Virus record (IMG/VR): IMGVR_UViG_3300017917_002374
Location: 1-64,000 of that record
Reading direction: 5' to 3' (one strand)
DNA: 64,000 nucleotides
Shown here: positions 1 through 9,722 of the stretch, piece by piece
How the letters are laid out: each line of letters opens with the position of its first letter
Numbering within the stretch: the stretch's first letter is position 1
The notes under the pieces: model-generated
The model's input: only the letters and a program-made list of their open reading frames with translations
Told to the model about the DNA's origin: nothing
Databases searched by the model: none
Position numbers and translations under genes: made by a program

Positions 1-1
1 C

Positions 2-1183
2 AAAGAGCTTTATGAGCGAGCAGAGCGTAATACCAAGCTGAGAAAGAAAACTTTCAAGGCTGCTGATTTGTTTAGTAGATTCATGCAGGAACGCAAAGAC
101 ACTGGTCGTATCTATCTTCAGAATGTGGATCATGCCAACACGCACAGTCCATTTGATGAAAGTGTGGCTCCGATCAAGATGAGTAATCTTTGCGCAGAAA
201 TAGATTTGCCAACTGTACCGTTGAACGATGTCAACGACGAGGATGGTAGGATCGCCCTGTGTACTCTATCAGCGATCAATTGGGGTAATGTAAAAGGCCC
301 CCATGACTTCGAGAAGATGTGTCGGTTAGCAGTGCGAGGGTTGGATGCACTATTAAGCTATCAAAATTATCCTATACGTGCCGCAGAACTAGCTACAAAA
401 GAATTTAGGCCTTTGGGTATTGGTATTATTAATTTTGCCTACTTCCTTGCAAAACATGATGTTAGTTATAGTGATCCACGAGCATTGGCTTTGGTTGATG
501 AATATGCAGAAGCATGGTCATACTATTTGATCAAGGCCAGCGCAGATCTTGCTGAAGAACAAGGCGCTTGTGAACGTTGGCAAGATCTCAAGAGTGCTCG
601 TGGAGTTTTACCTGTTGATACAAGAAAACCAGACGTGGATGAACTGGTGCCCTACCAAGAGCGCATGCCTTGGCAATCACTACGCGAACAGATTCAACGC
701 ACAGGTCAGCGTAATGCTACCTTGATGGCATTGATGCCGGCAGAAACCAGTGCGCAGATTTCAAATGCCACCAATGGCATTGAGCCACCACGTTCTTATG
801 TGTCAATCAAAGGCAGTAAACATGGACAACTCAAACAAGTGGTGCCAGAGTATCGTAGATTGAAAAACAAATACGAACTGCTGTGGGATCAAACTAGTCC
901 AGAAGGCTATCTCAAACTGTGTGCAGTGCTACAGAAATACATTGATCAAGGTATCAGTGTGAATACTAGTTACAACCCACAGTTTTACGAGGACGAAAAG
1001 ATTCCTATGAGTGAAATGTTGCAGCACATTCTCATGTGTTACAAGTATGGAATCAAACAGTTATATTATTTCAACACCTTTGATGGGCAAGGCGAAATCA
1101 ATGTGGACAAACTAATGGAAAGTCGTCCAGTTGAAGTGGAGCAAATGTCCGATCAAGAAGATTGCGACAGTTGTGTGATCTAG
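2..1183 (+). CDS. nrdA: Class Ia ribonucleotide reductase alpha subunit, 5'-truncated by the window
   Basis: SNLCAEI catalytic loop, ALMPAETSA, LYY, C-terminal CxxC (DCDSC); frame is open from base 2. Confidence 0.97.
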   Translation, partial: KELYERAERNTKLRKKTFKAADLFSRFMQERKDTGRIYLQNVDHANTHSPFDESVAPIKMSNLCAEIDLPTVPLNDVNDEDGRIALCTLSAINWGNVKGPHDFEKMCRLAVRGLDALLSYQNYPIRAAELATKEFRPLGIGIINFAYFLAKHDVSYSDPRALALVDEYAEAWSYYLIKASADLAEEQGACERWQDLKSARGVLPVDTRKPDVDELVPYQERMPWQSLREQIQRTGQRNATLMALMPAETSAQISNATNGIEPPRSYVSIKGSKHGQLKQVVPEYRRLKNKYELLWDQTSPEGYLKLCAVLQKYIDQGISVNTSYNPQFYEDEKIPMSEMLQHILMCYKYGIKQLYYFNTFDGQGEINVDKLMESRPVEVEQMSDQEDCDSCVI

Positions 1184-1191
1184 GAAGTCAA

Positions 1192-1641
1192 ATGAATCTA
1201 AGAAAACTTATGGACTTGGTAGAACAGGCCGGCGCAGGAATCTCTGATGCATGGTTTCAGGATGGAGCATTTGAAACTTATAAAAAACCAAATCCTGAAA
1301 AATACGAGATCGCACAGCAAGACGGTGTTATTCAGACACTAGAAGGTCCTGTGAATTACAAAGCAGGATACTATATCTTAACCGGACCCAAAGGGGAACA
1401 GTATCCTATTCCTCCAGAAAAGTTTCATGAACTCAAGGACGACGCTGGCAATGGTATCTGTTATCCTAAGAAAATTATAAAATTAGCCAAATTGGCTGAT
1501 CATGACGGTTCGGTTGCAACCAGCTGGGGAGAAATATTAAACTATACCACTGGGCAAGATGTTATTGTTAGACATGGCTCTAATGATTACGGTGTAGTTA
1601 AAAAAGATATTTTTGCAAAAACTTATACACAGGAAAAATAA
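1192..1641 (+). CDS. PGDYG-like protein with an internal tandem duplication
   Basis: IQTLEG..GYYILTGPKGEQYPIPPEKF and second copy VATSWG..QDVIVRHGSNDYGVVKKDIFAKTY; ATG at 1192 follows the nrdA stop. Confidence 0.6.
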   Translation: MNLRKLMDLVEQAGAGISDAWFQDGAFETYKKPNPEKYEIAQQDGVIQTLEGPVNYKAGYYILTGPKGEQYPIPPEKFHELKDDAGNGICYPKKIIKLAKLADHDGSVATSWGEILNYTTGQDVIVRHGSNDYGVVKKDIFAKTYTQEK

Positions 1642-2768
1642 TGAGCGTATTTAATATTAATAATAAAAAAGATCATACCAAATCTCTAGCATTTTTTGAC
1701 GAGACTGGCGGAGCGCCAATTCAACGTTATGACGTACTAAAGTACAGACAGTTTGACAAACTAACAGACAAACAACTGGGGTTTTTTTGGCGCCCTGAAG
1801 AAGTTGATGTATTACGTGACGCCAAAGATTTCAAAGACCTGACCCCTTATGAGCAACACATTTTCACCTCAAACCTTAAACGACAAATACTTTTGGACAG
1901 CGTACAAGGTCGTAGCCCCAACCTGGCTTTTCTTCCTGTTGTATCATTACCTGAGTTGGAAACATGGATTCAAACTTGGAGTTTTAATGAAACAATCCAT
2001 AGCCGTAGCTATACTCATATCATTCGCAATGTTTATTCTGATCCTAGTGAAATATTTGATCAGTTATTGGACATTGGTGAAATCGTTGAATGCGCTACCG
2101 ATATCAGTAGATACTATGACGATCTCATCCAAGCCAATCAATGGTATCTGTTGCTCGGACCCGGAACACACACAGTGAATGATAAAACTGTTGTAGTAGA
2201 CGAATACGAACTAAAGAAAAAACTGTGGCTGTGTCTTAACAGTGTGAACGCACTGGAAGGCATTCGTTTCTATGTTAGTTTTGCTTGTAGTTGGGCGTTT
2301 GCTGAACTTAAAAAGATGGAAGGCAATGCCAAGATCATCAAGCTGATCGCACGAGACGAAAACGTACATTTAGGGTCTACGCAAACCCTTCTCAAATTGC
2401 TACCTCAGGATGATCCAGATTATGTTCGTATCAAAGAAGAAACTCGTGCAGAGTGCGAACAGATATTCTTGGCTGCTGCTGCTCAAGAAAAAGCCTGGGC
2501 ACGGTATTTGTTCAAGGATGGTAGCATGATTGGTCTTAATGAACAACTGCTATGCGATTACGTAGATTGGTTGACCTGCAAGCGCATGACCGCAGTTGGT
2601 CTCAAGTGCGGTATCAAGACCGGTAGTAATCCACTGCCTTGGACAGCCAAGTGGATCGCAGGTGCAGAAGTTCAAGTTGCTCCACAGGAAACAGAGATAA
2701 GTAGTTACGTGATTGGTGGCACCAAACAAGATGTCACTACCGAAACTTTTAAAGGATTTACATTATAA
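1641..2768 (+). CDS. nrdB: Ribonucleotide reductase beta subunit
   Basis: FFWRPEEV, ETIHSRSY, LEGIRFYVSF, RDENVH, APQETEISSY. Confidence 0.97.
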   Translation: MSVFNINNKKDHTKSLAFFDETGGAPIQRYDVLKYRQFDKLTDKQLGFFWRPEEVDVLRDAKDFKDLTPYEQHIFTSNLKRQILLDSVQGRSPNLAFLPVVSLPELETWIQTWSFNETIHSRSYTHIIRNVYSDPSEIFDQLLDIGEIVECATDISRYYDDLIQANQWYLLLGPGTHTVNDKTVVVDEYELKKKLWLCLNSVNALEGIRFYVSFACSWAFAELKKMEGNAKIIKLIARDENVHLGSTQTLLKLLPQDDPDYVRIKEETRAECEQIFLAAAAQEKAWARYLFKDGSMIGLNEQLLCDYVDWLTCKRMTAVGLKCGIKTGSNPLPWTAKWIAGAEVQVAPQETEISSYVIGGTKQDVTTETFKGFTL

Positions 2769-3011
2769 ATGCTCACTGTGTATTCAAAGAACAACTGTCC
2801 CTTCTGCGTACAGGCCAAACGTTTGTTAGAAAGTAAAAATGTTCCTTACGAGGAAATCAATATAGAGAATCAACCTGAGGCAAGACAAATGCTATTGGAT
2901 CGTGGACTAAGAAGTGTACCACAGATCTTCAATCAACAAGAACTTGTGCCTGGTGGGTTTCAAGGACTGAGTAAACAACCCGCAGAATTTTTTAATCAAT
3001 TTCAAGGATAA
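2769..3011 (+). CDS. Glutaredoxin
   Basis: CPFC active site, RSVPQIF, GG; directly after nrdB. Confidence 0.93.
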   Translation: MLTVYSKNNCPFCVQAKRLLESKNVPYEEINIENQPEARQMLLDRGLRSVPQIFNQQELVPGGFQGLSKQPAEFFNQFQG

Positions 3012-3013
3012 AA

Positions 3014-3328
3014 ATGTTAATTTCAAACAACAAGTATGATGATGGTGATGTGGTCAGTTTTAAATTGGTCAACGGTGACGAAATCGTGGCCAAAATTGTT
3101 GAAGACCGATCAGATGCTTGGGTATTAAGCAAACCTTGTACAGTACTACCCAGCCCTAAGGGTATTGGTTTGGTACAAAGTTTATTCACTGCTGATCAAA
3201 ACAAAACTATCACACTTAAAGAACAGCATGTGATGATGCATCAATTGTGTGTTAAAGAAGTAGGCAATCATTATTTTGAAGTTACAACAGGTATCAAGCC
3301 TGTGACAAGTGGGAGCATAGTAATCTAA
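3014..3328 (+). CDS. Conserved phage hypothetical protein (possible Sm/SH3-like beta fold)
   Basis: Tightly packed ORF; FKLVNGDEIVAKI pattern. Confidence 0.6.
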   Translation: MLISNNKYDDGDVVSFKLVNGDEIVAKIVEDRSDAWVLSKPCTVLPSPKGIGLVQSLFTADQNKTITLKEQHVMMHQLCVKEVGNHYFEVTTGIKPVTSGSIVI

Positions 3329-3588
3329 TGCCAGGTGCAGTAAGACAAAGTCAAGACAGTGCAGGTGGAGTACTTGTAGCAGGCAGTCCAAATGTTATTA
3401 CAAATGGAACTCCGCAAGTGCGTATTGGCGATGCAGTTCAAGGACATGCACCGCCGCCTCATGCAGCACCAGTGATGGCCGAAGGTAGCCCCAACGTGAT
3501 TGTGAATGGTATTCCTGCATGTCGTGCAGGAGATAAGGCCACATGTGGACATCCAGCGTCAGGCAGCCCTAATGTGATTATTAACTGA
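3328..3588 (+). CDS. PAAR-repeat spike-tip protein (T4 gp5.4-like)
   Basis: Three GSPNVI repeats, PQVRIGD / PACRAGD, His/Cys ligands. Confidence 0.92.
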   Translation: MPGAVRQSQDSAGGVLVAGSPNVITNGTPQVRIGDAVQGHAPPPHAAPVMAEGSPNVIVNGIPACRAGDKATCGHPASGSPNVIIN

Positions 3589-3589
3589 C

Positions 3590-5425
3590 ATGACATACTC
3601 TGCATCACAACTTATAGCAGTAAGCGGATTCAGTCAAAATCTGGGTCTGCAGGTATCATCTGCTATGTTGAACCGAATCGCAGACTGTCAAGACATCACG
3701 GTACTGTCTGGGAAACTCAGACAGATGCTAACTCATCCTAACAGCACAAACAATGTGGTGACCATATGTAGAACCAAAATTCCAGGAATCAGCATGACAG
3801 TGCCGGCATCATTTAGCACAGTTCCTGAAGGATTTGTGTTTTCTAATCTATCCGACAGTGTCAAAGAACTGGCAGAAATTTATTTTAACAATGGAGTTGC
3901 AGGATATCTAAATCGTCTTGGGCAAGCAGCCAACGCTTGCAGAGCAGCAAGAGATATTCTTGGCAGTGTTTACTTTTTAGAAACCGAAGGATTCAGCGGA
4001 GTCGCGCCAGACGTGAGCAATCACAATGACTTGGTCACTGGTGGTATTACCAGCAAGTTTGGTCCGCTGGCAGTGGGCAGTCAAGACTATTTGCGAGCTT
4101 CAGGATTGTACACTGGAGGAAGTGCGATTTCAGCTACATCTGCAGATATAAAAAGAAGCATAGAATCTGTAGCAGATGCCATTGACAATCTTGGCACTTT
4201 GTACGATTTCACAAGATTAGAATCTTTAGGCACAGCCTATGGGCTGATCAATAATCTGTTGCTGCAAGGCCTGATAAAAACTGAATTCATACAAACTTTT
4301 GAAAATCAAAATGTTGATGTCAATGCACTACAACAAGCAAGCGAATCAGTTTTGATTTCTATCCTAGAACAAATTCAAGGAAAAGATGTACAAAGAATCA
4401 TAACCGGCACAGGCCTTAAACAGCCCACCAATTCCATTATACAAAATGCAGCAGATCTACTTAAAACTGACAAAGTGATAACCATAGCTGCCATAAATGC
4501 TATTCCTGGTGGCAAACTGACTGACTTGGCTGCTGCACTGATCAGTCTTAATGTAAACTATGAAACCAAGGAAGACTTGGTTACCACTTTAAGAAACATT
4601 GAACTGTTGGACACACCAACTCTGTCATCTTTGTCCAAACCAGTGCCTACTGTGGACACACAATCAATTAGATCTTCATTTCCTTCAGGATCAGGAGATT
4701 TTGGTTCGCCGTTTATTCAAGAAATTATTGGAACTCCGTCTGGCTACATACACACCGACACATTTTCAACTGTGTTTAGAGTGTGCAGCTCCATCGCAAG
4801 CACAGCCGAATCTATCGCGCTGATAGCTGCCTGCAACACTGTGTTGGCTGCTTATGATGCTGACGCTGATCCAACTGCGGCAGAAAATGCATTTGAAACA
4901 GCAGTGGATAACTTGATTGCTTTATCTTCTATCAGTAGTTTGCTAGACGAAGCTGACACAGCGATAGGTCTTTCCACAGCTCAGGTGATACTAGAAGAAA
5001 ACAATCAACTCAAAGGCGGCATTGACATTCAAAGTTACATACCGGGTAGTGCCACGTTGAGTCAATTGACTTCGTTGCTTACCACATTAGGCACAGACTC
5101 TTTTAACAGTGGCGCTACTTCTATGTTGCTGGACATGCTAACCGATGACATCTATGGTGAGGCAACAAGAGCAGTATTGCTTCAAGGAAAAAATGAACAA
5201 ACACTCAAACTGATTGGTAAAGAAACCATTGGTATTTCTGATATTGAAAGATTGGCATTGGGTGTACGTGCAGCAGAAGGCGAAGGGCTCACTGCACAAC
5301 AAAGAGAAAACGTGATTGACGACGCAAGATCAAGAAATCTTGATATCAACACAGCATTGGCTAATGCTGCTTTTTATGGATACAATAATCAATATTATAC
5401 CAGTAGAGGTTACCCAAAAGCATAA
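3590..5425 (+). CDS. Probable virion (baseplate/tail) protein
   Basis: 611 aa, Ser/Thr/Ala-rich, next to the PAAR gene; no catalytic motif. Confidence 0.5.
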   Translation: MTYSASQLIAVSGFSQNLGLQVSSAMLNRIADCQDITVLSGKLRQMLTHPNSTNNVVTICRTKIPGISMTVPASFSTVPEGFVFSNLSDSVKELAEIYFNNGVAGYLNRLGQAANACRAARDILGSVYFLETEGFSGVAPDVSNHNDLVTGGITSKFGPLAVGSQDYLRASGLYTGGSAISATSADIKRSIESVADAIDNLGTLYDFTRLESLGTAYGLINNLLLQGLIKTEFIQTFENQNVDVNALQQASESVLISILEQIQGKDVQRIITGTGLKQPTNSIIQNAADLLKTDKVITIAAINAIPGGKLTDLAAALISLNVNYETKEDLVTTLRNIELLDTPTLSSLSKPVPTVDTQSIRSSFPSGSGDFGSPFIQEIIGTPSGYIHTDTFSTVFRVCSSIASTAESIALIAACNTVLAAYDADADPTAAENAFETAVDNLIALSSISSLLDEADTAIGLSTAQVILEENNQLKGGIDIQSYIPGSATLSQLTSLLTTLGTDSFNSGATSMLLDMLTDDIYGEATRAVLLQGKNEQTLKLIGKETIGISDIERLALGVRAAEGEGLTAQQRENVIDDARSRNLDINTALANAAFYGYNNQYYTSRGYPKA

Positions 5426-5438
5426 TCTGGGTATATAA

Positions 5439-5479
5439 CCGCCGTAATAACCCACTAGATCCACCGTAATATGCCCACT
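5439..5479 (+). repeat. Tandem imperfect direct repeat with 22-bp period
   Basis: ccgccgtaataacccact (5439) and ccaccgtaatatgcccact (5461). Confidence 0.5.
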
Positions 5480-5503
5480 TTATGGGCTTGAACGATATTT
5501 AAG

Positions 5504-5557
5504 TTGACATAGCACAACTTATATTGTATTATTACCTGGATCCTGTGTTCTTAAATA
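5504..5557 (+). promoter_or_regulatory. Sigma70-like promoter plus late TAAATA motif upstream of the cell-wall hydrolase
   Basis: TTGACA(5504)-17-TATTAT(5527); inverted repeat aagttg/caactt overlaps -35; TAAATA at 5552. Confidence 0.55.
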
Positions 5558-5590
5558 TCACTACGTCTAAAACTAAGGAGGAAGTAAATT

Positions 5591-6181
5591 ATGACTCTGA
5601 CCAATAGATCTTGGCAACGATGGATTCCAGGCATTACCAAACTGGTAATCGGAATCGCAGGATTTACATTTTGTGCAACCATGGCAGTAAAAGTCACGAC
5701 CGCCAAAATGAATCAACTACGTGAAGCAAACAATCAGGCACAAACCGTTTTTGTGACTGCTGCCACACGCGAAAGACAGTTAACCTGTCTAGCAAGAAAT
5801 ATCTATCACGAAGCAGGTTTTGAACCTTTTGAAGGCAAAGTGGCTGTAGCACAGGTAACACTGAATCGTGCTGCCAGCGGACAGTTTCCCAATGACATCT
5901 GTGCTGTGGTGTATCAGAAAGGTGTGATCTACGACAAGGTGATTTGCCAGTTTTCCTGGTACTGTGAACAGCCCGGCAAGATGCGCCCAGTGAATCCTGC
6001 TGCCTATGCAGAAAGCTATGCTGTGGCCAAAAAGGTATTGCTGGAAAATTTCCGTCTTGACGGATTGAAGCATGCATTGTATTATCATGCAGACTATGTG
6101 AACCCACAGTGGGGCAAGGAAAAAATTGCCAAAATTGGGCGACATATTTTTTATTCAGATCGTAAAGCAAAAGGCACATGA
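5591..6181 (+). CDS. SleB/CwlJ-type cell wall hydrolase (Hydrolase_2) with N-terminal membrane anchor
   Basis: CLARNIYHEA, VAVAQVTLNR, ICAVVYQ, CQFSW, ALYYHADYVNPQW, IGRHIFY. Confidence 0.92.
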   Translation: MTLTNRSWQRWIPGITKLVIGIAGFTFCATMAVKVTTAKMNQLREANNQAQTVFVTAATRERQLTCLARNIYHEAGFEPFEGKVAVAQVTLNRAASGQFPNDICAVVYQKGVIYDKVICQFSWYCEQPGKMRPVNPAAYAESYAVAKKVLLENFRLDGLKHALYYHADYVNPQWGKEKIAKIGRHIFYSDRKAKGT

Positions 6182-6498
6182 TGAAAAAGTTTAGTGTTGA
6201 GCAATTTCGTGAGGGCACACTGGCCTGGTTCCGTGCGCACCTTACCCATGTAAGTGCCGAAACGCTGGGCTGGATGGCCAGCTTGTTTATTCATTTCAGT
6301 ATCATTCCCAGTCTGCTAGCAGCCATGGCAGGACTCACTGATAAAATGCCTCCTGTGGACATGGTGCTGTTCTGTTGGGGCGCATTGGCCCTGCTGTTTA
6401 TCAAGGCTGTGATGATGCGTGATCGTTTGAACATTCTTACAATTGGCGCAGGCTTTATTGTACAGTGTGTTCTTATGGGGCTCATGTTATTCAAATAA
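6178..6498 (+). CDS. Small membrane protein, about 3 TM helices
   Basis: Three hydrophobic segments; coupled to the hydrolase (ATGA overlap). Confidence 0.6.
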   Translation: MMKKFSVEQFREGTLAWFRAHLTHVSAETLGWMASLFIHFSIIPSLLAAMAGLTDKMPPVDMVLFCWGALALLFIKAVMMRDRLNILTIGAGFIVQCVLMGLMLFK

Positions 6499-6528
6499 AT
6501 AATGTAGCAGTTTAGGAGGCTGCAAAAC

Positions 6529-6777
6529 ATGAGCAAAATCTCCCAAGAAGAACAAGAGCAAGAACAAGAACTGAGCCTGGAAGAAGAACTAGGCATTGAC
6601 GACGAAACTGATTATGGTTTTGTTATAGGCGCAGATGGTGAACTCAAACACCTGTTCACTCCAGATCAGTTCTACCTAGATCCGCCCCCAGTAGTGCGCA
6701 AGATACTAAAACTGCTGGGTATCAAAGATATCAATCTTGTGGCCACAGACAGCGCACCCAGCGACAGCATACACTGA
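6529..6777 (+). CDS. Acidic hypothetical protein
   Basis: SD aggagg and upstream TAAATA. Confidence 0.6.
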   Translation: MSKISQEEQEQEQELSLEEELGIDDETDYGFVIGADGELKHLFTPDQFYLDPPPVVRKILKLLGIKDINLVATDSAPSDSIH

Positions 6778-6820
6778 TTATAGTTTACACCGTGATTTTG
6801 CTATGGTTAAATAGTATATT

Positions 6821-7318
6821 ATGGCCATAGATGCAAACTTATACCCTAATTCCAGTGGACTTGTTCTAAATCGTTTTCTTGGAGTTTTTGCCAACACAGA
6901 CACGATTGATGATTCTACCGGAGCCCTGCAGGTCTGGGGCGGGGTGGCGATTAAAAAAAATCTATATGTTGGCGGCAATACTGTAATTCAAAACACTTCT
7001 CTTGATAATCTCACAGCAAACCTAATCAGTGTAAGCAACGTTGTTGTTGCCAACCTAACAGCTACAACAACCAGTACGCTATCTACTTTGGCTGTGATTG
7101 GTAACATTTCAGCAGCAAACGTTTCAACTGGTAATATAACAGTTTCAGGTAATATTTCAGCTAATAATCTGCTGTCTGATACACTAAGTACACAAAATAT
7201 ACTAGTGTCGGGAAACATTCAAGCTTCAAATGTGATTATCACAGGCACCGGTACCAATCCTCTGGCTGCAATCACACGGTCAGAAGCGTTTGGGTTGAGC
7301 ATTGCGTTTGGACTCTAG
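6821..7318 (+). CDS. Probable virion fibre-like protein
   Basis: STGALQVWGGVAIKKNLYVGG tail-fibre-type motif, GNI repeats; late motif upstream. Confidence 0.65.
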   Translation: MAIDANLYPNSSGLVLNRFLGVFANTDTIDDSTGALQVWGGVAIKKNLYVGGNTVIQNTSLDNLTANLISVSNVVVANLTATTTSTLSTLAVIGNISAANVSTGNITVSGNISANNLLSDTLSTQNILVSGNIQASNVIITGTGTNPLAAITRSEAFGLSIAFGL

Positions 7319-7348
7319 TTCAAACTAAATAGCTTAAAAGGATCAGTT

Positions 7349-7678
7349 ATGAAAGTTGCAGATATTATCCGTGGAGTTCTAGATCTTCTAGATGGGGAAG
7401 ATCGTCCTGTACACGCACAGGGTACCATAGTATTAGGTCCTAAACCGGACACTGTAGAAATTAATCAAGTTGATGATGAGAATGAACTGATCAGGCTCAA
7501 ACAAATTGCTGGATTGATAGGCTCGGGCAATACAGAATTTTCTAACAGTCCTGAAGAAAAAATTGCTGGAATAGAAGCAGTTATACAATCTGGTGATGAT
7601 GTACATCACAGCAAGCATCCTAGTGATATTCGTAGTGACAGCGTGAGCATGTATCCTATGTATCAGAGTAGACCATAA
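7349..7678 (+). CDS. Hypothetical late protein
   Basis: TAAATA upstream; ELIRLKQIAGL motif also echoed in the 34476 ORF (DDLKKKAGL). Confidence 0.6.
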   Translation: MKVADIIRGVLDLLDGEDRPVHAQGTIVLGPKPDTVEINQVDDENELIRLKQIAGLIGSGNTEFSNSPEEKIAGIEAVIQSGDDVHHSKHPSDIRSDSVSMYPMYQSRP

Positions 7679-8088
7679 TGTATCTATTAGTGCAAAGCTA
7701 TCTACAAAGTGCTAGAACTGTGAACCTTACTGTGAACAGTTCAGACACTATCAGCAGTGTAAAAGTTCAGATGTTCACAGCAGAGGGATTTAGTCCTGCT
7801 TACATGGAAATGTACTATAATGGCACCTTGTTGGCAAATGCCAATACTTTGAGCAGTTATGGAATAATATCCAATGATATCTATATCAAGACCAGCAACA
7901 ATATTGCCACATTGGCCACTAGAGAAGCCAGACAAAAGGCCAAGCTGGATCTTGCTGCACTACAGCGCACAGAGTGGGGTCGTCCAGACACCTATGATAT
8001 CACAGAGCTACCCACACAGTACAGCGGCAACACCGTGGTAGACAATCCCAATGCTGGAGGCCTGATAGTTGGTCGCCCATGGAGTTGA
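7678..8088 (+). CDS. Ubiquitin-like (beta-grasp) domain protein with C-terminal extension
   Basis: TVNLTVNSSDTISSVK..EGFSP..NGTLL...TLSSYGI aligns without gaps to ubiquitin residues 12-61 (19/50 identities, hand count). Confidence 0.8.
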   Translation: MYLLVQSYLQSARTVNLTVNSSDTISSVKVQMFTAEGFSPAYMEMYYNGTLLANANTLSSYGIISNDIYIKTSNNIATLATREARQKAKLDLAALQRTEWGRPDTYDITELPTQYSGNTVVDNPNAGGLIVGRPWS

Positions 8089-8091
8089 TCC

Positions 8092-9714
8092 ATGAGTAAT
8101 CCACGCACCAACACAACCAATTATGCTCATCCACAAGAGACCAATCTCTTAAACGTTCACAAGGCCATGGAGTATGACCTTGCTGGCAAACCCATGCTTC
8201 GTGTGGCAGCACAACTGTCAGGCCCCAGCATTGCTGGACAGGTGTCGGCATTTGGTGAACCTCTTGCTATCAGTCCTACGGCAGTTATACAACTAGATGC
8301 TATCTACGGCACTACTACAGATGTAATACAGACTTTTACCAGTGGCACAGGATCATCAGCAGGAGCAGATACACAACTGTTCCGTGTACAGTCAGGAACT
8401 ACCCAAGGCGGATATGGTGTGCTACGTTCAAAGCGTTTCATGCGTTATCGACCAGGACAAGGTATCGTGTGTAGACTCACCGCGGCATTTACAACAGGTG
8501 TGGTAGGCAGTGGTCAGTATGCAGGATTGGCAAATCAAGAAAATCGTGTGGCATTTGGTTGGAATGGCAATCGTTTTGGAGTTGTTCGCAGTACCGGTGG
8601 CAAAGCCACAATATATCTTATGACCATGACAGTGGCACCCAATGCCACACAGACAGCGACTATCACTCTTAACGGTGTTGCCTACACAGTTACTTTGAGT
8701 AACACTTCATCTGACGTAGCTGTACAAACTATTGTGAATCGTGCGGGAGGGTATGGCGGCTGGTTGTTTCAACAAACAGACGGTGCTATGTTATGGTTGG
8801 CGCCCACACTGGGGCCAATGAACGGTACATTCTCGTTTACCAGCACTGGCAATGCTCAGGCAACATTTATACTAAAACAGGTAGGTGTAGCACAAACAGA
8901 CAACTGGACCTATCAAGAAGACTGGAACGTTGACAAGCTGGATGGTACTAACACTATTACAACCAATCCCAGTGGTATGCTGTTGGATCATACCAAGCTG
9001 AATGTTTACCAGATTGGCATGCGTTGGTTAGGTGCTGGAGTGATCAGTTATGCTGTTGAAGATCAAGCATCAGGTGCCATGGTATATGTGCATAGAGAAC
9101 ACTATGTGAATCAACACACCACACCACACACTCTAAATCCCAGTTTTAAAATAACCTATGCTGCCTTTAACACCACTGGCAATACCAGTGTCACAGTAAC
9201 TGGTGCAAGTGTGTACGGCGCAGTAGAAGGCACTATATTCCAGAATGAACTCACCCGCAGCCACAGTGCATCAAAATCCAGCCTCACACAAAATGTCACA
9301 CATCATATGATGACTATTAAAAATTCTGTGGTCACTAACGGACTGGCCGGTGCAAACAATGGCAACTATGTGTTGAATACCAAAGAAGCCATCGTCAAAA
9401 GTTTGAGTGTGTCGGTGCAGGCCACAGATCCGTCACAGGTGTTTTTGTTTTTTGAACCCACTAGTTTTTCTAGCACTCATTTGTACTTTAACATACCGAA
9501 CTGCAACGAAGTGTACAGTGAAGCAACAGGCACATTGAACCTTGCTGTGGACACTCCAGTCTACACAGGTTTGCTTGCCATTAACGGAACTATCAACATT
9601 GATCTTAGTCCCTATCGTATAACCGTTCCGCCAGGTAGTCAGGTCAGCATCGCAGTGCGCAGTACAAATGGTATCACGCAGGCCACAGTGGCCCTGGTTT
9701 GGTCAGAAGATTAA
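8092..9714 (+). CDS. Probable virion structural protein (beta-rich, Thr/Ser/Gly-rich)
   Basis: 540 aa; composition typical of tail/fibre proteins; lies in the late cluster. Confidence 0.6.
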   Translation: MSNPRTNTTNYAHPQETNLLNVHKAMEYDLAGKPMLRVAAQLSGPSIAGQVSAFGEPLAISPTAVIQLDAIYGTTTDVIQTFTSGTGSSAGADTQLFRVQSGTTQGGYGVLRSKRFMRYRPGQGIVCRLTAAFTTGVVGSGQYAGLANQENRVAFGWNGNRFGVVRSTGGKATIYLMTMTVAPNATQTATITLNGVAYTVTLSNTSSDVAVQTIVNRAGGYGGWLFQQTDGAMLWLAPTLGPMNGTFSFTSTGNAQATFILKQVGVAQTDNWTYQEDWNVDKLDGTNTITTNPSGMLLDHTKLNVYQIGMRWLGAGVISYAVEDQASGAMVYVHREHYVNQHTTPHTLNPSFKITYAAFNTTGNTSVTVTGASVYGAVEGTIFQNELTRSHSASKSSLTQNVTHHMMTIKNSVVTNGLAGANNGNYVLNTKEAIVKSLSVSVQATDPSQVFLFFEPTSFSSTHLYFNIPNCNEVYSEATGTLNLAVDTPVYTGLLAINGTINIDLSPYRITVPPGSQVSIAVRSTNGITQATVALVWSED

Positions 9715-9722
9715 TTTTAACA

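Noticed and set aside
2-2768. Intron or intein in nrdA/nrdB
   Set aside because: The visible part of nrdA and all of nrdB are continuous and of normal length
6178-6498. Definite holin call
   Set aside because: Only TM count and adjacency to a hydrolase support it; no family motif recognised
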